Positions 52,329 through 64,000 of a DNA stretch of 64,000 bases are shown here, in pieces; position 1 is the stretch's first letter, and every line of letters begins with the position of its first letter. Under the pieces are notes generated by a model. It was not told the origin of the DNA, made no database searches, and saw nothing but the letters and a program-made list of their open reading frames with translations. Both the position numbers and the translations under genes were made by a program. The DNA comes from the human T2T-CHM13v2.0 reference genome, Homo sapiens, in the NCBI RefSeq assembly GCF_009914755.1, contig NC_060931.1; one strand, 5' to 3'.

Positions 52329-52509
52329 GGCTCATGGAGTCACCAGCAGATTTCGTTTTTGAACCTGGGGAGCTCTTAAAAATTTAGATTCCTGGAGCCT
52401 CACTCCAGCCCTATTAAACCAGAACCTTCCAAGCCTGGGAACCTTTGCTTTCTTCAAGTTCTGCTGGTAATGCCTATGCAACTAACCTAGCATAAGCTAG
52501 TAAGAACCA

Positions 52510-53710
<1,201 letters not shown>

Positions 53711-54032
53711 TTAGTCCTTGTCTATCAGGGTTTCCAGGGTCTGTAGGCTTCACGAGTGCTTTCGTTGAAGTTGAGGGAGGGTGGTATGGAAAGTGCTTGA
53801 GGGAGATCCACCCTCTCAAGGTTCTTCAGAATCTAGCTTTGAGTGGCTTATATTGTTCTCATTTGATTCCCTGTGCTACTGGACAATGAAATGTGGCTGG
53901 TGCAAGGCTATTTAAAAGATTCAGGAAAATTGTTCTAATTTTTCTTATCATTTAGGTACTGCTGGTACTCAAAATCCCACAGATAACTTGGAGGTTTTCC
54001 AAGTGTGGTCCCAGGAGCTGCAACATCAGAAC

Positions 54033-54587
54033 TGCTACAGGACCACTAGGGTCATAGGCCCACTGGACAGTAATAGACCAATTACACGGAGACAGCAGAG
54101 TTTGCAGCAGAGAAAGAGTTTAATGAGTGCAGAGAAGCTGAGTGAGGAGACAGGAAGAACCCTCAAATCCATCTCCCCAAGGAGTTCTGGGCTTGAGATT
54201 TTAAGGGAATCATGAAAGGCAAGGGGCTGGAGAATTGGGGTTGTTGATTGGTCAAGGAAAGCGGGAATAATATCATCAGGCTGTGGAAAATTCATTCTTT
54301 GGTGAGTCGGCTCCTTGTGGAGTCCTTCAGACCAGCTGATGTCAGTAGTTTCACTGGTATGCAGGACCTGAAAGAGTATCTCAGAGGGAAAACTTAACAT
54401 TTCACAAAGCTTAAGTTGTTATCTATAGAGCAGTTAGGGGGAACTATAATCTTATGACAGGAAACAGCTATGAAGAAGCAGGTCAGAGAGCAAACTGCCT
54501 TTATGATGAACGCTGAATGTGCTGTAAGCTTGGTTTATCTTCATTTCTTCCCTGACTAATTTTATAAAGTGTATAGGGAGGGTTTCA
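54033..54587 (-). mobile_element. ERV1 solo LTR (LTR26/LTR8-like) inserted in a MER5A DNA-transposon relic (about 53990-55047), which also holds an antisense AluJ (54685-54988)
   Basis: Minus strand starts tgaaaccctccctatac. MER5A motif gttagaaatgcaaattctcagg..actgaatc resumes after it. Confidence 0.68.
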
Positions 54588-54709
54588 GAGTAACCTGGAA
54601 ACATGTTAGAAATGCAAATTCTCAGGCTTCACCTCAGACCCACTGAATCCGAGACTCTGGAGTGGGCTCAGCCATCTGCGTTTTTGCTTGTTTTTGTTTT
54701 GTTTTTTAG

Positions 54710-54850
<141 letters not shown>

Positions 54851-55431
54851 TGAATATTTTTTTGTTTTTGTAGAGCTGAGCTTTCACTGTGTTACTCAGG
54901 CTGGTCTCAAATCCCGACCTTAAGCAGTCCTCCTGCCTTGGCCTCCCAAACCACTGGGATTACAGGTGTGAGCCACCACACCTGGCCTCAATCTGTTTTA
55001 ACAAGCCCTGCAGGTGATTAGGATGCACTCAGCTTTGAGGACCACTGAGGTTGCAATTTAGCCTTCTCGAGGAACCATCCTCCTAGGGCTTTCTTTGAGT
55101 GTCCAAATCCCTTAGATGAAGGCAGAGATCAAATCAGTAGGGGACTGAGGGTTCATTAAGATAGAGAGTGATACCGGGAGCCCGGAAGCAGGCAACAACC
55201 ACAGTTTCTTACATACCCTAACAGGTAATAAACTCATTCACATGCTTTCACTGAGTCTTCATAATGTGGCATTTTAATGATGTAAGCAAGCCAGGAGCTT
55301 TGAGCTTCCTGTACCAGGTAAGGACACTAAGACCAGAGAGAAAGACAGGCTAAGGCTAGGATCTGGGGACAGGCAGAACCTGGGTTCACCTCTGCCATGG
55401 AGGTTTGCTTGGAGAAGAAACAGGCAGGATT

Positions 55432-56463
<1,032 letters not shown>

Positions 56464-56616
56464 AAGAATAGGCAGAATGGTATTTCTAGGGCAGTTACAG
56501 TGGGCAGTGTTGGATGGCGGAGGACGTGGCCCTGTCCTTGGTACACACAGGTGTGAGGGGATAAGGTACATTCTACGATGCTGGCTGTAGCAGAGGCTAG
56601 CCAAGGTCACCTTTCT

Positions 56617-56705
56617 CTTTTTAAATTTTATTTTATTTTATTTTAGACTCAGGGGCAGCATGTGCAGGTTCGTTACATGGATATATTGTATCCTAGTGAG
56701 GTGCA
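56617..56705 (-). mobile_element. Extremely truncated L1 tail (~90 bp)
   Basis: TSD aaggtcacctttct at 56603-56616 and 56706-56719; T-tail followed by catgtgcaggttcgttacatgg. Confidence 0.8.
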
Positions 56706-56859
56706 AAGGTCACCTTTCTTTGGTTTTGGCTGCAAAATTATTAACGCAGCCCTGTAGTCATACGTGTTGCCTCAGCCGACCTCACTGTACCTGGAATTCT
56801 GATTTTTTTTTTCCAAAAGGAAAAACGTTCAATGTTATTTTATTAAATGCAGAAGATAA

Positions 56860-57670
56860 AACGTTTCGCAGCACCGGGTCCAAGGAAGTGCAATACAACA
56901 GCAAAATGCAATGGCCGCAGCAGCTCAGTGATGGGCCGAGACTCGTCCCGTGTGGCGGAGATGCTGGCATCCCCCCTGTGGCTCCAAGCGCTGAGCTTGG
57001 CGGCGGGGACCTGGCGGCCCCGGCTCGGCTCGGGACAGGCAGGTGTGGGGAGCCGGCGGGTTGGAGGGCGTTTTGACGCTAGAGGGCGCTCGGTGCCCGG
57101 CGAGGGAGGCGGCCCAGGCCGGCGGGGGAGCGCGCGCCTCTGCACTTGCACCCAGCTCTCCGCTGCCTCCTGCCCTGTCTGCTCCCCAGCTCAGGACACT
57201 GTGGTCACAGCAATAGGAGCGGCGGTGCCTGGGCCGCTCCGAACCTAGGTCACCTGCTGGAGGAGGGAGAGGTCGCCTGCTGCTCTGCAGGAGGGCTTCC
57301 GTCTGCAAGGTGAGCTGGGCTGGCTGCAGCGCCTCCTCCTCCTTGCAGCCCTCCCTGCTACACCCCGGGCATTTCTTGCAAGCTCTCTGCCAACGCGTAA
57401 GACACCTGGGAGAACTAGGAGTTCATCCCCGGGGCCTGATGTGTCCAGGCTGTTGGTGTGGAAAGGAGTCTGTGCCAACAGACACCCGGGGTCACTGCCA
57501 CCCCGGAAGCTGCTCTCACCCTTCCGAGGACCGGGAAAGCAAGTGTCCAGCAATGGGGAGCCTCTCCATTAGCCCGGCGGCCTCCTTGACTGCCAATCAG
57601 CAAGCCTGAGAGGTAGTGCCAGCAGAAGAACCGTTCGGGGGGCCGGGGGGTGCACCTCCAGCTCGGCCAG
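56860..57670. promoter_or_regulatory. Non-repeat CpG island, promoter-like
   Basis: High GC and dense CpG, GC boxes (ggcgggg), TGACG half-site at 57074, and a donor-like AAG|GTGAGC at 57309/57310. Confidence 0.7.
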
Positions 57671-57974
57671 TCCTGAGAAGGGGCAGCTGTGGTAGCCAGG
57701 GCAAGTCACCCATCTTTCTGCAGTTCAGACCTCACCTGCAAAGTCTTAATTTTAGGATAGGATTTTCTAGATTGCTAGGGAAAAATATCTATGAAAATAA
57801 AGCCGATCTAAGGAGAAAAGGGAAAGAAGAAATAAAAAAAGCAAGGGAGAAATGGGAGGGCAGGAAGGGGGAGAAATGGAGGATGTCTCTGTCTCTGTCA
57901 AAAACCTAACTTTTGTCAAGATCATCATCCCTGGGCCCTCTCCTTAGTGCCAACCACTGGCATTTTAAATTTTG

Positions 57975-58525
57975 TTTGTTTATGTTAGAAATGGGGTCTT
58001 GCCGTGTTGCCCAGGCTGGACTTGAACTCCTAGGCTCAAGCAATCCCCCTACCTTAGCCTCCCTAGTAGCTGGGACTACAGGTGCACACCACCATCCCCA
58101 GCTTCTTTCTCTTTTTTTTCCTTCCTTCCTTCCTTCCTTCCTTTCCTTTCCTTCTCTTTCTTTTTCTTTTCTTCGTCTTTTCTTTCCTTCTCTTCTTTTC
58201 TTTCTATTCTTTCTTTATTTTCATTTTCTTTTCTTTCTTTCCTTTCTCTTTTTCTTTCCCTTTCTTTCTCCCCCTTTCCTTTCTCTCTCTCTGTCTCTGT
58301 CTTCTCTTTATTTTTTCTCTTTCCTTTCTTTCTTTCTTTCTCTTTTTTTTTTCGCTTTCTTTCTTTCTTTCTTCTTACATTTTCTTTCCTTTCTCTCTTT
58401 CTTTCTTGATGGGGTCTTGCCATGTTACCCATTGCCCAGACAGGATTCAAACTCCTGGATTGAAGGAATCATCCTGCCTTAGCCAGCAGAGTAGCTGAGA
58501 TTCAGACGCACATCACCACAGCAGA
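57975..58525 (-). mobile_element. Two FLAM-like monomers separated by a ~305-bp CT-rich tract (58103-58407)
   Basis: The tract sits where the A-rich tail or linker of the second monomer would be. Confidence 0.75.
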
Positions 58526-59342
58526 CAACCACTGGCCTTTGAATGCATGGTCTCGCCCCCACATGTCTCATGCCTGCTCCTCTCCTCTACCTAATTCCTC
58601 TCTATTCTCTTTCCTCCACACTGTTCTCGGAGCTTCTAGAGGAAGCCTTGATGGAAGAAGCAGCAGCCTTCCAGCTTGGCCTCTGCCACAGATTCCCCAG
58701 GGTGCACCTGTCCCCAGGCCTCAGTTTCCCCATCTGCTAAAAAGCCTTCTGTGACTTCTAAGTACTTTTCTGCTCTGACATTTCAAATAGTCAAACAGTC
58801 CAGGCTCTCACATTTCCCTGGCTCAAACATTAAAACTGCCTGGGGAGCCTTAAAATATTATGGCCTGGGCACTTTCCTCCCCCTCCTCATTGAGAAGTAA
58901 TCGGTCTGCGGTGGAGCGTTGCAGCAGTATTTTTTAAAAGTTCCCCAGATGATTCAAATGTGCAGCCAGGGTTAGGAACCTCTGGCATCATATTCCTGCT
59001 CTGAATGATTTGCATGTTCCTAGGAGACCCCTGGAAACCGTGAATTTCGCCACTCAGCTTATCTCTGATGTTGGAATAGCAGGCAGGGACAAAGGTTTGG
59101 GGTGGTATTTTCAGACAGCCCCCTCAAAGGCTTATGGGTCCCTTGAAACCCTCTGCAGCCCTAGGTAGACAATGGGCATTAGAAGGAGAGGAAAGGGGTT
59201 TCTCTCTCTCTCCCTGCCTCTATGCCCCTTACTTCGACCACTTCCTGCCTGCTTCTCCCCTCCCCTCCCCTCCTCCCCCTCCTCCCGGTCTGGCAGCTTC
59301 CACCATCTGGAATTGCTTTCCTGCCTCAGCCTTTCTCCCTAG

Positions 59343-59678
<336 letters not shown>

Positions 59679-60056
59679 ACTTCCACGTTCTCTTGAGACC
59701 CTTCCTTCTCCAGGATAAGTTCCTTCTCCCTCTCTCAGTCCTCAGCCTGAAGTGGCAACCAGAACCCCGCAGCTAAGCCCTGTGGGGTGATGAGTCCCAC
59801 AAAGGGAAAAGTCCCTCACGAGGACATTCCAGGGCCCATGCATGGAGCAAACACATCAGTATCTTCATTGCCTGGGCTGAAGCCGGACTCAGACTCATTC
59901 TGGGAACTGTGAGATTCTGTGGCTGTCTGGAGGCTGAGAGGGAAAGTTGTGCACTGTGGGTAAGAGGCAAGGCCAGGGCTTGGGGACCTGGTTCCTGTCC
60001 TAGTTCTGCCATTAACTGCTTGGTGCATAACCTTGAGCTCAGTACTTCTCTCTGGG

Positions 60057-60297
60057 TGATATGGTTTGGCTATGTCCCCACCCAAATCTCATATTGAATT
60101 GTAGCTCCCATAATCCCCATGTGATGTGGGAGGGACCTGGTGGGAGGTAATTAAATCATGCTATTCTTGTGATAGTAAATAAGTCTCACAGGATCTGATG
60201 GTTTCATAAAGGGGAGTTGTCCTGCACACACTCTTTTTGCCTGCCACCATGTAAGAAGTGCCTTTGCTCCTCCTTCATCTCCCGCCATGATTGTGAT
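60057..60297 (+). mobile_element. THE1 LTR, partial
   Basis: tgatatggtttggctatgtccccacccaaatctc; 3' part missing. Confidence 0.85.
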
Positions 60298-60423
60298 TTT
60301 TTTAACTGGGTAAAAATCTAGGTTGATACTTTGTTCTCAGTCTTTTAAAGAAATTACACCACTATTTTCTAGACTGATTCCTGATGTCTTCAGTCATTCT
60401 TTTCTCTGGTTCTTTGTGTATAA

Positions 60424-60769
<346 letters not shown>

Positions 60770-60907
60770 TAATCTTTATTGCTTGATTTAAGCAACTTAG
60801 TGCAAAATCCTTCATGTTTCTTGTGTTTGGGATTCACTGAGCTTCTCGAATCTATGGTTTATAGTTTTCATCAAATTTGGAAAAGTTTTAGCAACTCTTT
60901 CTCCCCA

Positions 60908-63981
<3,074 letters not shown>

Positions 63982-64000
63982 GTGATCTGATTTTTATTCT

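Overview
Human (primate) genomic DNA, dense in Alu, L1, L2/MIR and LTR relics. The only protein-coding content I can support is the 3' end of GALNT17 (WBSCR17; 7q11.22 from recall) on the + strand: a 168-bp penultimate exon (16491-16658) and a last exon (CDS 17748-17876, 3' UTR to about 19330, AATAAA at 19305). Both exons encode ricin-type lectin repeats. Bases 1-16490 are intron, and everything after about 19330 is intergenic, running toward CALN1 (from recall, outside the window). Almost every other ORF in the track is an Alu, L1, LTR or low-complexity artefact. I see no new protein-coding or prokaryote-type system. The best leads are non-coding: (1) a ~540-nt AG-free CU tract before the last-exon acceptor, a candidate distant-branch-point or PTBP1-controlled terminal-intron switch; (2) a divergent CTCF motif set (reverse at 39188 and 41864, forward at 52061) bracketing an intact solo LTR12C, as at a domain boundary; (3) an orphan CpG island with a splice donor near 57 kb; (4) several short templated insertions, two with their donor visible in the window. 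Repeat subfamily names are from memory of consensus ends, not from a RepeatMasker run, and repeat boundaries are approximate unless a TSD is quoted.
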